Origin: an uncultured Sulfurovum sp.
GTDB taxonomy: Bacteria; Campylobacterota; Campylobacteria; Campylobacterales; Sulfurovaceae
NCBI GenBank assembly: GCA_964515605.1
Contig: CAZEUB010000028.1
Span: 184-64,183 of the forward strand
Length of the DNA: 64,000 nucleotides
Direction of reading: 5' to 3'
In this document: positions 47,643 to 57,637 of the stretch, in pieces
How the letters are laid out: each line of letters opens with the position of its first letter
Numbering within the stretch: position 1 is the first letter of the stretch
The notes under the pieces: model-generated
Told to the model about the DNA's origin: nothing
The model's input: only the letters and a program-made list of their open reading frames with translations
The model's database searches: none
Program-made: the position numbers and the translations under genes

Positions 47643-49967
47643 ATGAAAAAGCTAGAATACTTATCAAAAAAAATTCTTTCACCAAAAATAAAATATCTTT
47701 TAACACAAAAGCTCTATTTTTTCACCCCAAAGACTTCGCTCTCCTTATTAATACTCTCAAGCCTTTTTTTGTATATTTTTTTAGATCAAGTCTCAAATAA
47801 AACGCTACTCATTAGTTGGTTTATTCTCATTAATATACTTAATATTACTAGAGTTTTTGACTACCTTCAATATAAGAGAGTCAAACAGAGTCATTATGAT
47901 ACCAATGAGAGTGATAAATGGTACAATAGATTTCGTCTAAAAGCAATACTTCATGCAATGTTTTGGGCGACTCTTCCTCTCCTTAGCTTTCATGATCTAA
48001 GCTATAATTACCAACTCTTTATGATCCTATTTCTTATTGGTTTGGCTGGTGGCGTAGCAGGTTTTTTAGCTGATATTCGTATCGCTTTTCCTTTTATCTC
48101 AATTCTTCTTTTGCCACTCTCTGTGATTATCCTCTTCTCTACCATTCCCAATGCTTTGATATTGAGCCTTTTGATTACTGTTTTTTATATTCTTCTTATT
48201 ATCTCTAATCTTCATACCAATCAACTTTACTATGATAAAATCACAACCAAAGAGCTTTTTGAAAAAGCCAAAAAGAGCTTGACAGAGAAAGAGAAAAAGT
48301 TAAACTCTCTTTTAGAGCAGGCTCCTATTGGTATCTTCTATTATGATACCGAGCTTAAAATTATTCGATATAACCAACTTTTTTATAATATTTTTGGTTT
48401 GGACAAGGATCTTTTGGGCTTTAATCTCAATGAACTCAAAGACAAAAAAGCCGTGGATATGATGAGAGAGGTACTCAAGAGTGATCATGTTCAAAAAAGT
48501 GTCGGCTCTTATGACTTTTCATTCAAAGAACAGAATATTTGGGTTGAACTTACCTGCTCAGCTCTACGTGATGAGCAGAATAATATTACAGGAGGGATTG
48601 GTATTATTGAGGATAAAACCGTAGAACATCAAGCCTATGAGAAGATCAATTTTATCTCTCTCCATGACTCTCTTACCAAGCTACCAAATCGACGTTTTTA
48701 TAAGAAATTTATGATAAACTTGATACAAAATCCAAAAAATCAAGATCACTACTCTATTCTATTATATATGGATCTGAACCACTTTAAACAGATCAATGAT
48801 ACCTTTGGTCATACTATTGGGGATAATCTTCTACTTGAGGTCTCACAACGTTTCAAATCACTCAAAATAGAGAAGAGCAATCTTGCTAGATTAGGAGGAG
48901 ATGAGTTTGTATTAACACTCCCATTTGTCTCAAAAGATGCACAAAAAGCCAAAGAGAGAGCCAAAGAGATTGCCAATCGTATCAAAGATCTTTTTATCCC
49001 TGTTTTTGAGATCAATAACCTTAACCTCTATATGACCACCAGTATTGGGATTGTCATCATTGAACCAAAAACAGATGATATTGACAATATCCTCCGCCAA
49101 GCCGATATGGCAATGTATCAAACCAAACGAGAGGGTAGAGATAATATCAACTTCTATGATAAACGGCTAGATTTGGAGCAACAAGAGCTTACCTCACTAC
49201 AACAAGATCTCAATCATGCGCTCACAGACAATGAGTTGGTACTTCACTATCAACCTATTGTTAATATTCATGATGACTCCTTGGTTGCGATTGAGGCTCT
49301 CATTCGGTGGCAACATCCAACCAAAGGATTAATCATGCCTGATCGCTTTATCCCTATGGCAACAGAGTCTGGGCTTATTAACAAATTGGGTTGGTGGGTA
49401 GCCAATGAGGTATGCAGACAGCTCTCTCTCTGGAAACAAAAGGATAAACTCAATTTTGAATATGTTGCGATCAATATCAATGCACGACAGCTTCATGAGG
49501 TTAACTTCTCAGAGCATATCGAATCGTGTATTTTGAAATATCGTGTCAATCCCTCTTTGATAAAACTAGAGGTTACAGAGACAACACTAATTGATAGCTT
49601 TTCTAAAACCCAAAAAATTATCAAAGATCTACGAGGGAGAGGAGTAGAGTGCAGTATTGATGATTTTGGAACAGGTTACTCCTCTCTCTCTTATCTCAAA
49701 AAACTCTCTTTTAAGGTGCTTAAAATCGATCGCATTTTTATTACAGACATCCTTACCAATCAAGATGATCAAGAGTTGGTCAAGAGTATTATTGCTATTG
49801 GACAACAGTTTAACTACAAAATCATTATCGAAGGGATAGAGACAGAGGAGCAAAAAAAGAAAATTTTTGAGATCAATCAAAATGTCTGTTATCAAGGCTA
49901 CCTCTGTAGTAGACCTATTCCTGCTTCAACCTTAGAAGAGAGATTTCTATCGACTACTCTCTCATGA
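47643..49967 (+). CDS. Membrane-bound PAS-GGDEF-EAL diguanylate cyclase/phosphodiesterase
   Basis: About 6 N-terminal TM segments, PAS, HDSLTKLPNR, intact RLGGDEF, EALIRW, DDFGTGYSSL. Confidence 0.9.
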   Translation: MKKLEYLSKKILSPKIKYLLTQKLYFFTPKTSLSLLILSSLFLYIFLDQVSNKTLLISWFILINILNITRVFDYLQYKRVKQSHYDTNESDKWYNRFRLKAILHAMFWATLPLLSFHDLSYNYQLFMILFLIGLAGGVAGFLADIRIAFPFISILLLPLSVIILFSTIPNALILSLLITVFYILLIISNLHTNQLYYDKITTKELFEKAKKSLTEKEKKLNSLLEQAPIGIFYYDTELKIIRYNQLFYNIFGLDKDLLGFNLNELKDKKAVDMMREVLKSDHVQKSVGSYDFSFKEQNIWVELTCSALRDEQNNITGGIGIIEDKTVEHQAYEKINFISLHDSLTKLPNRRFYKKFMINLIQNPKNQDHYSILLYMDLNHFKQINDTFGHTIGDNLLLEVSQRFKSLKIEKSNLARLGGDEFVLTLPFVSKDAQKAKERAKEIANRIKDLFIPVFEINNLNLYMTTSIGIVIIEPKTDDIDNILRQADMAMYQTKREGRDNINFYDKRLDLEQQELTSLQQDLNHALTDNELVLHYQPIVNIHDDSLVAIEALIRWQHPTKGLIMPDRFIPMATESGLINKLGWWVANEVCRQLSLWKQKDKLNFEYVAININARQLHEVNFSEHIESCILKYRVNPSLIKLEVTETTLIDSFSKTQKIIKDLRGRGVECSIDDFGTGYSSLSYLKKLSFKVLKIDRIFITDILTNQDDQELVKSIIAIGQQFNYKIIIEGIETEEQKKKIFEINQNVCYQGYLCSRPIPASTLEERFLSTTLS

Positions 49968-50865
49968 ATCTTTTAATCTCTTTGAGTACTTTTTGGGGTA
50001 CCTCCTCTTGAGGCATGTGTCCTACTCCTTTAAAAATTTTGAGTTGACTATTAATAAGATCTCTATGCAGACGATATGCCATAGAGAGACGAATAGAGAC
50101 ATCATCCTTGCCCCAAAGAATCAAAGTAGGAGTTGTAATTTTTCGATACTCTTTTTGAACCATGACAATATCCTCAGGAATAATAGAGTTAACCGTCTCC
50201 AAATAGGCATATTTTGCCATGGGAAGCCTCATCATCTTTGCTGAGTACTCCACACTCTTTGGAGGAATCAATTTGTCATTAGAGAAGGCATAAAGATACG
50301 CCTCCTTAGCAATCTCCTCTTCATCCAAAAGGTGAATACCCAAATAACCAATAAGAGGAATTGTCAAAATACGCATCATCGAAGGGAGTCGCTGTTTATA
50401 AGACATACTATTAATAAGTATCATCTTATTAATCAAAGAGGGCATCTCCTTTTTCTCTTGCATTAGTGCCAAAACCAGTGCTACCCCTCCACCAAAAGAT
50501 CGTCCTACTAGCGTCAAATTTTGCAAATGATGTTTGCGAATAAATGCCTCAATCAATTTTGCCTGATCATAGACAGAGTAGTCCGAATCTTCAGGTTTTG
50601 GAGACTCCCCAAACCCCTTAAGATCAACCACATAGAGATGATAATAGCAAGAGAGTTCAGGAATCAAAAATCGCCAAGTGTAACGGCTCTCTCCAAATCC
50701 ATGCAAAAATAGCATACTTTGATTATGCTCCTTCCCATACTCATCATAGGTCAAGTTAAGGTCTTTAACCTGAGAATGAAGAACTCTTTTTTCCCATGTT
50801 ACAGGAGTTTTTTGAGCACAGCCAACCAAAAGAAATAGTGCCAATATCAAAAAAAATTGTTTCAT
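49954..50865 (-). CDS. Alpha/beta hydrolase lipoprotein
   Basis: Lipobox LVG-C; LHGFG, DLKGFGES, GRSFGG, WGKDD, GHMP. Confidence 0.85.
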   Translation of the reverse strand: MKQFFLILALFLLVGCAQKTPVTWEKRVLHSQVKDLNLTYDEYGKEHNQSMLFLHGFGESRYTWRFLIPELSCYYHLYVVDLKGFGESPKPEDSDYSVYDQAKLIEAFIRKHHLQNLTLVGRSFGGGVALVLALMQEKKEMPSLINKMILINSMSYKQRLPSMMRILTIPLIGYLGIHLLDEEEIAKEAYLYAFSNDKLIPPKSVEYSAKMMRLPMAKYAYLETVNSIIPEDIVMVQKEYRKITTPTLILWGKDDVSIRLSMAYRLHRDLINSQLKIFKGVGHMPQEEVPQKVLKEIKRFMRE

Positions 50866-50916
50866 AAATATTATCTTAGCATACTTTTATAATATTTTTA
50901 GGTATAATAATTAATC

Positions 50917-51876
50917 ATGAAAAACTCACATTTATTACACAAAGCTCTTAGTTTGCTGACAAATACCATTATCATTGTCACTCTCTCACTGGCTTTTTAT
51001 ATCACCATACCATTAGATGTTCATCAAAAAACCATTACCCTACCCAAAGGCTCTGTCACCAATATAATCAGATCTCTTCAACAACAAGGCTATAAACTCT
51101 CAACCATTGATACCTATCTCTTGGTTGCAATAGGACAACCCAAAAGTGGTACATTGGATATTGGCAAAGGAAAAATCAATCGAATTGATTTTCTAAATAG
51201 ACTCACCTCTGCCTCGGAGGCCATTGAGATAATAACTTTGATTCCAGGAGAGACGCGTCCAATATTTTTATCAGATATTGCCAAAAAACATCAACTCGAT
51301 TTTCAGAAACTTGACGGTAACTATAGCCACTATAGCCACTATCAAGAGGCAGGTATCCTTCCTGATACCTATCATCTACCAAAAGGGATCAAGGAGGAGA
51401 ATCTCATCAAGTTCTTAGTTAAACAAAGTGAAATAAAATATAAAAAACTCTCAATCCAAAAACTTGGCTACTATACCCCAAAATCGTGGTTACCTTATCT
51501 TATCGTCGCCTCAATTATTCAAAAAGAGGCAGCAAATAGAGAGGAGATGCCCATTATCGCTTCGGTTATCTATAACCGACTCAAGCTTGGTATGCCCCTA
51601 CAGATGGATGGAACACTTAACTATGGCAAATACTCTCATATTAAAGTCACACCAGAGAGAATCAAAAAAGATACCAGTGGTTTTAATACCTATCTTAATA
51701 CAGGACTTCCACCCTACCCTATCTGCTCTGTCTCCCTTGATGCGATCAATGCGGCTATCTCTCCTATCAAGAGTGATTATCTTTACTTTATGAAAAATAG
51801 AAGTGGGACTCATGATTTCTCACGAACCTACAAGGAGCATCTAAGAAATATCTCTCGAGCCAAAAAAGCCCAATAG
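50917..51876 (+). CDS. mltG: Endolytic transglycosylase MltG
   Basis: N-terminal TM; ASIIQKE, IASVIYNRL, LQMDGT, NTY...GLPP.PI, YLYF. Confidence 0.92.
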   Translation: MKNSHLLHKALSLLTNTIIIVTLSLAFYITIPLDVHQKTITLPKGSVTNIIRSLQQQGYKLSTIDTYLLVAIGQPKSGTLDIGKGKINRIDFLNRLTSASEAIEIITLIPGETRPIFLSDIAKKHQLDFQKLDGNYSHYSHYQEAGILPDTYHLPKGIKEENLIKFLVKQSEIKYKKLSIQKLGYYTPKSWLPYLIVASIIQKEAANREEMPIIASVIYNRLKLGMPLQMDGTLNYGKYSHIKVTPERIKKDTSGFNTYLNTGLPPYPICSVSLDAINAAISPIKSDYLYFMKNRSGTHDFSRTYKEHLRNISRAKKAQ

Positions 51877-51910
51877 ATACCCCCTTGATATCAACTGATT
51901 TTTTCTTAGC

Positions 51911-52735
51911 CTATAGCAGACGATAAAAATCTTTTAGCTCAAAAAGCAATAGATCTTTATTCTCACTATTTTTAAGCTCATTGGAGAAACCACTTTTAGA
52001 GAAAAGAGCAAAAGTATCTGCTTTGAGATTGGAGATCTTAGCTTTCTGTTTGAGTTTGGAGAGTTCACTTTTGCAGATACGTCTATTTTTGTATTTGCAC
52101 TCTCCTACAATCACCTCTCCTGAGGCTGTTTTGGCTAAGATATCAAATTCGCTATTTTTGTCCCAATAGCTTCCCATAGAGAGTAGTCTATTGTTGTAGT
52201 GTTGATTAAGTAGATCATTGGAGAGTTGCTCAAATATCAAACTGTTTAAACGAGAGAAGTGCCTCTCAAAATTTTCAAAAAAACGCTGAGATCTCTTTGC
52301 CTCAAGATCAGCCCTATAAGGAGCAACAAAACCAAACCAAAAGCGATAAAAAGGGAGTTGAAAACGCACTTTTGACTCTATTTTATAGGAGCGTAAAGAT
52401 TTTTCTAGTTTCTGATTGGGATACTGCTTGAGAGGTTCCTCTCTGGATTTTTCGATCTCTACTACCCCAAGCTCCATCAACTCATCAATAAGAGGCACAC
52501 CCAAACTCTCTCCAATATGGGCATTTCGGAAGATATTTGAGAGTCTACCATCCCCTCTTGCAATGGCAATAAGTATGGATCGATAGGGATTTTCAAGGAG
52601 ATAAGAGGGAGAGACAAGAGAGGAGAACTCCTCATACTTATCCACAAAATTAAAACGAATAATTGAGAGAAGATCATCAAAGAGATCTAGCTCCACAGCC
52701 TTTTCTATCCCCCCAAATACAGCAAACAACTCCAT
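51911..52735 (-). CDS. DUF234 protein (winged helix + PD-(D/E)xK nuclease-like C-terminus); true start possibly further upstream
   Basis: PFYRFWFGF, FEQL, YWD...EFDI...GECKY, FSKSGF. Confidence 0.8.
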   Translation of the reverse strand: MELFAVFGGIEKAVELDLFDDLLSIIRFNFVDKYEEFSSLVSPSYLLENPYRSILIAIARGDGRLSNIFRNAHIGESLGVPLIDELMELGVVEIEKSREEPLKQYPNQKLEKSLRSYKIESKVRFQLPFYRFWFGFVAPYRADLEAKRSQRFFENFERHFSRLNSLIFEQLSNDLLNQHYNNRLLSMGSYWDKNSEFDILAKTASGEVIVGECKYKNRRICKSELSKLKQKAKISNLKADTFALFSKSGFSNELKNSENKDLLLFELKDFYRLL

Positions 52736-52930
52736 CGCTTGCTCTATCTCTAAATACCCATAGTGGTGGAAAAAAGTTTGAAATTTTGCTTTTATCTGAT
52801 CTTCCTATCTACACATCTTGATATTTTCTTAATTTTATTGTAATATCTTTTCTCTTTAATTAAGTTTTGATACTCTCTATCTTCTCCCATTAGTTTAGAT
52901 ATAATAGTATCAAAAAAACAGGGTTCAATT

Positions 52931-54253
52931 GTGAGCGATACCAAACTCGTACTACAACACTTAAAAGAGCATAATATATTCCTAACAGGGGGTGCAGGGG
53001 TAGGTAAAAGCCATACTACCAATGAGATTATCCACCACTATCGTACCCAAAGCAACAGAGAGGTGGTTGCCCTAGGCTCAACTGGGGTGAGTGCGGTAAA
53101 CATAGGAGGCTTTACCATTCATAGCTTTTTTGCCTTTGGGATCGCTAGTAACTTTGAAGAGCTTGATAACAATGATCGACGCAACAAAAGCCGTCTAAAG
53201 GAGCTTAAAAAGATACTAAAAGCAACCGATCTTATTGTAATCGATGAGATCTCTATGGTCTCAGCAGATATGATGGAGATGGTCGCCTATCGCCTCCACT
53301 CACTAGAGTATCATGGCAAACTTCTCTTGGTGGGAGACTTTTTTCAACTTCCTCCTGTACGAAAATCAACTAATCAAAACCAACATCTCTTTGGCAATCG
53401 GCTCTATGCATTTGAGAGTGATGCTTGGCAGAGCTTCAATCTTATGGTCATAGAACTAACCCAAATGAGACGAACTAGTGATGTAGCCTTTACACATATT
53501 CTTCACAAGATACGGGTAGGAGAGTGCGATTCTGAGGTGATCAACTACATGACAAAACTCTCCAATCACGCCATCCAAGATCCCAATCCTACCTATCTCT
53601 TTGGTCGCAATATGGAGGTTGATCAGATGAACAACCAAAAACTCCAAGCAATCAATGCCCAAGAGCATCATCTCTATGCCAACATAACAGAACATCAAAC
53701 AAAAATCGATCCTAGACGACTTAATAATTGGAAAAAGCTTCTTCCCGTAGAGGAGGAGCTTATTCTCAAAGTAGGGGTACCTGTGCTTTTTACCATCAAC
53801 AAATGGGGCAAATATGCCAATGGAGAGCGAGGCATTGTCCACAAGATCGAAGAGGAGTATATCATTATCGAAAAAGAGGATACCTTTGTGCGAGTAGAAC
53901 CACATGATTTTGATCTCTTGGAGATAAAGAGCGATGAGCAGGGAAAGATCAAAAACACCTCCCTAGCTACCCTCTCTCAATTTCCCCTCAAACTTGCCTA
54001 TGCTATTACTATCCACAAGAGCCAAGGGATGAGTATTGACAACCTCATCTGTAATGTAGATAATATCTTCGCTCCAAGTCAATTTTATGTTGCTATCTCT
54101 CGTGCCATCAACCCCAACAATCTCAAACTAGAGTTCAACCATGGTAACCTTCAAAACTATCTCCAACGCATGATTAGGGTTGATCCACGTGTAATTGAGT
54201 ATTATCAAAATTTGGGAGAGAGCTATAGGGTCAATGAGGAGTTACCTTTTTAA
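52931..54253 (+). CDS. Pif1-family 5'-3' DNA helicase
   Basis: FLTGGAGVGKS, TIHSFF, IDEISM, GDFFQLPPV, ANGERG, QFPLKLAYAITIHKSQGMS, QFYVAISR. Confidence 0.9.
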   Translation: MSDTKLVLQHLKEHNIFLTGGAGVGKSHTTNEIIHHYRTQSNREVVALGSTGVSAVNIGGFTIHSFFAFGIASNFEELDNNDRRNKSRLKELKKILKATDLIVIDEISMVSADMMEMVAYRLHSLEYHGKLLLVGDFFQLPPVRKSTNQNQHLFGNRLYAFESDAWQSFNLMVIELTQMRRTSDVAFTHILHKIRVGECDSEVINYMTKLSNHAIQDPNPTYLFGRNMEVDQMNNQKLQAINAQEHHLYANITEHQTKIDPRRLNNWKKLLPVEEELILKVGVPVLFTINKWGKYANGERGIVHKIEEEYIIIEKEDTFVRVEPHDFDLLEIKSDEQGKIKNTSLATLSQFPLKLAYAITIHKSQGMSIDNLICNVDNIFAPSQFYVAISRAINPNNLKLEFNHGNLQNYLQRMIRVDPRVIEYYQNLGESYRVNEELPF

Positions 54254-55269
54254 AGTATCATCGCCTCTCCTCCTACCATCGCTACCATATCCTCAATCCG
54301 AATACCAAACTCATCAGGGATATAGATCCCTGGCTCTATAGTATAGACCATCCCATCTTCGATAATGGTTTCTGATTTAGAAGTGATATAGGGCATCTCA
54401 TGAATATCTAGCCCCACACCATGTCCTGTAGAGTGGACAAAGTATTTTCCAAAACCTGCCTTGTCGATAATGTCACGTGCTAGGGCATCAATCTCTTTGG
54501 CTTTCATCCCTGATCTGGCTTTTGAGATAGCATGATCATGGGCTTTGAGTACTGTATCGTAGGCTTTTTGGATTCTCTTTTTTTTGAATCGTTGCTCTGT
54601 ACCAAAATCAAAATCTTTACGTGTAGAGACGGTTCGTGTACGATCAGAGCAGTAGCGATTGTATTTTAATCCGGCATCAACCAAAAGGAGATCTTTTTTG
54701 GTTAACTGTGTGGATGTTGGGGTGGCGTGGGGTTTAGCCGCATTGGCATTGATGGCGACAATAGGATCAAAGGAGAGTGCATATTTACCATATTGTGAGA
54801 GAGCTGTCTTTGCCATATGGGTTAAAACATACTCACTGTTTTTAAATCCATGATCCTTAATAATTTGAGCAAAATTATCAAATGCTTTGGCACCTAGTTT
54901 GGCTGCAATTTTGAGTTTTTTTAGCTCATCATCACTCTTGATTATTCGTTTTTTATGGGAGAGATCAGGTAGAGGTTTGAATCTAAGAAGCAGATCTTTG
55001 CTAAGTTGTTCATAGTGATAGATACTCCACTCTTTGGGATCATATTTGAGTTTTTTGATTTTTGATTTTTTGAGCAGTTCATTGGCTTTTTGGTAAATAT
55101 CTTGTTCAATCAAAACAGTAGCCTCTTTGACAAAGGCTTGTGCTTCAAGCTTATATCGCCCATCAGTAATAAAAAAAGCCTCACTTCCTAATTTTAGATA
55201 AAGTGCATTATCACTGCTATAACCACACTCATAATATATGGCATTTTCATCTTGTAGAATATAGTTCAT
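54250..55269 (-). CDS. Xaa-Pro aminopeptidase (M24)
   Basis: TDGRY, YCSDRTRT, HSTGHGVGLDIHE, TIEPGIY, GIRIED. Confidence 0.92.
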   Translation of the reverse strand: MNYILQDENAIYYECGYSSDNALYLKLGSEAFFITDGRYKLEAQAFVKEATVLIEQDIYQKANELLKKSKIKKLKYDPKEWSIYHYEQLSKDLLLRFKPLPDLSHKKRIIKSDDELKKLKIAAKLGAKAFDNFAQIIKDHGFKNSEYVLTHMAKTALSQYGKYALSFDPIVAINANAAKPHATPTSTQLTKKDLLLVDAGLKYNRYCSDRTRTVSTRKDFDFGTEQRFKKKRIQKAYDTVLKAHDHAISKARSGMKAKEIDALARDIIDKAGFGKYFVHSTGHGVGLDIHEMPYITSKSETIIEDGMVYTIEPGIYIPDEFGIRIEDMVAMVGGEAMIL

Positions 55270-55338
55270 ATCTCTATCGCCTTAGAATATTTTATAACAA
55301 TTGTACATAAAAAATGGTATAAAGGAGCTGTAAAGAGG

Positions 55339-55356
55339 ACAAGGCTTTCGCCTTGT
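55339..55356 (-). terminator. Hairpin after aroQ (GAAA loop on minus strand)
   Basis: ACAAGGC-TTTC-GCCTTGT, 12 nt downstream of the aroQ stop. Confidence 0.6.
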
Positions 55357-55368
55357 TTAGAAGAGAGG

Positions 55369-55863
55369 TTATTTCGCTTGAAGCGACTCTTTTGCCTGTT
55401 GTGCTTGGTGTGCTTCACTCATGGCTCTTACTTCGTTCATAATTTGAGTAATGGCAATCATTGCCATGTGATAAGAGAATGGTCCAAATCCAGAGATCTG
55501 ACCTGCACAGACAGGAGCAGTTAGTGATTTGTGTCTAAACTCTTCACGCTGATAGATATTAGAGAGGTGTACCTCTACGGTTGGAATCTGTACCGCAGCA
55601 ATAGCATCACGAATGGCTATAGAGGTGTGGGTGTAGGCAGCAGGATTGATGATAATTCCATTGGCTTCTCCCATACACTCTTGGATTCTATCAACAATTT
55701 CACCCTCTAAATTGCTTTGAAAAAACTCTACTTCAATACCATTTTGTCCTGCAAATGCTTCCATTTGTGCATGGATATCTTCTAGCTTCATGGGTCCATA
55801 GATATTCTGCTCTCGGTGTCCTAACATATTGAGGTTTGGACCTTGGATTACGACTACTTTCAT
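55369..55863 (-). CDS. aroQ: Type II 3-dehydroquinate dehydratase
   Basis: [32 protein letters not shown]. Confidence 0.97.
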   Translation of the reverse strand: MKVVVIQGPNLNMLGHREQNIYGPMKLEDIHAQMEAFAGQNGIEVEFFQSNLEGEIVDRIQECMGEANGIIINPAAYTHTSIAIRDAIAAVQIPTVEVHLSNIYQREEFRHKSLTAPVCAGQISGFGPFSYHMAMIAITQIMNEVRAMSEAHQAQQAKESLQAK

Positions 55864-56083
55864 TTTGATAATTACCTTACTTTTAAATTTTGTGAGTATT
55901 TTATCTAAAATCTACATTTAACACAAGTTCTCCATCTTATAAAGCGACTCTTTCTCCTTGAGGTTCTTGAAAAATATTTAAATTTGGAAATATATTATAT
56001 TTATAATTTTAAATTAAATAATAGATTATAATGTTAGATTATTTATGATATAATGTTAATCAAACTCTAATGAAAGGTGTATC

Positions 56084-57637
56084 ATGAAAAAGAATTTTTT
56101 AATACTAGGAACTATTTTCTCTTTAGGGATTATTGGTTGTGGTAGTGATAGTGAAAAGGCAAAAGAGGTACTACAACGAATCTTAAAACTTGTAGGAATT
56201 CCACAACAGATGGTTGTGACTATCTGTCAAGATAGTAACAGAGACAATCTCTGTTCAGCAGGAGAGCTTCAGACCAAAATTACGATTAATAAAAATGAGA
56301 CGTTAGATGGTATTTTAGCAAAACTAGAAAGACTTTCTGATGATACCTATTTTTTAGATAACTATAATCCAGATAATCCTATTTTGCTTATTTTAGAGGA
56401 TTCTCAAAGAGTTACCTATTCTGGTAGTAATGGTCAATTTGGGCTTAGTTTTGATAGTTCAGTAGATGGTACCAGCTTTGATTATAATAATACAGAGATT
56501 GATAAAAAAGAGCTCTCTGTACTTCAATCTATGATTGATGCAAAACAATTAAATAAGTCAGATGTTGAAGCGGCAAGAGCTATGAGTAATGTTGATCAAT
56601 TTTATACTCTCTTATTGGAAGATCTAGCTACCAATGTCAATACATTAGGAGAGAGAAGATTGTCTCCCAAACAGATCAATGATGGCAATATCAAAGAGAT
56701 GGCAGAGGAGTTACTTGCTAATGGGATTAGAGATACTCTTCCTACACGGATGAATGCCTGTAATGGTAATCAGAGCTGTATAGATAATATCTTAAACCCC
56801 TTATCAAGAGAGTTGCTTATTACAGAGGAGGAGGCAGATCAAATTGTCGCAGAACAAAAAAAAGAAGAGAGCAATAATCAACCAGCTACAACGAAAAAGA
56901 GAGATAGGGTTCTTGTTAAAGAGACAGATTATGATAATGGAAAGTTAGATAGTATTACTACCTATCAATTTGATAACAGTAACCGTGTTACAGGTTATAT
57001 TGAAGAAGATTATTATAATAATGAAATTATCTCAACAGAGACTTGTACCTATAGCTATAATAGTCAAAATAAATTTATAGGAGATCAATGTACAGCCACA
57101 AATAACGATCAAACATCTGAGACAAGCCGTTCTGTCTATATCTATGAAGGAGAGAGAATCACAGAGGTTGATAGTTATCAAAACAATAATCTCTCTACAA
57201 AAATGTATGTAACCAAATGGGACAACAACACCCCAAAAGAGATAGTGGTTGAATCTTATTATGAAGGTCAGTCATCTCAATCTACACTCAATTTAAGTTA
57301 CGCAGATAGAAATCCTATTAAGATGGTCATTAAGTCTGCTCAGGGAGAGACAACAACTACTAAAAGATATGATGACAAAGAGACACCTTATGATTTCAAA
57401 ATGCTTTTTGGAGAGAGTTTCTATTGGTATGCTGGAGTCAATAATATAGTTCATGAAGAGACAACCATCAACTATGGAGAGATAGAATCAAAGGCAACAA
57501 CGACTACTGATTACAAAATAACTTATGATGGAGATTATCCTACAAAAATAGAAAAAACAATGACAACCAATTACACAGGTGGAGAACCTTATGTAGAGAA
57601 GAGCACTACTCTTTATGAGTATCGAAAAATTGATTAG
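56084..57637 (+). CDS. Hypothetical lipoprotein with a C-terminal YD-like/beta-meander domain
   Basis: Lipobox IIG-C; C-terminal Thr/Tyr-rich repeats (TTYQFD, TYSYN, YIYEG, TTLYEY). Confidence 0.7.
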   Translation: MKKNFLILGTIFSLGIIGCGSDSEKAKEVLQRILKLVGIPQQMVVTICQDSNRDNLCSAGELQTKITINKNETLDGILAKLERLSDDTYFLDNYNPDNPILLILEDSQRVTYSGSNGQFGLSFDSSVDGTSFDYNNTEIDKKELSVLQSMIDAKQLNKSDVEAARAMSNVDQFYTLLLEDLATNVNTLGERRLSPKQINDGNIKEMAEELLANGIRDTLPTRMNACNGNQSCIDNILNPLSRELLITEEEADQIVAEQKKEESNNQPATTKKRDRVLVKETDYDNGKLDSITTYQFDNSNRVTGYIEEDYYNNEIISTETCTYSYNSQNKFIGDQCTATNNDQTSETSRSVYIYEGERITEVDSYQNNNLSTKMYVTKWDNNTPKEIVVESYYEGQSSQSTLNLSYADRNPIKMVIKSAQGETTTTKRYDDKETPYDFKMLFGESFYWYAGVNNIVHEETTINYGEIESKATTTTDYKITYDGDYPTKIEKTMTTNYTGGEPYVEKSTTLYEYRKID

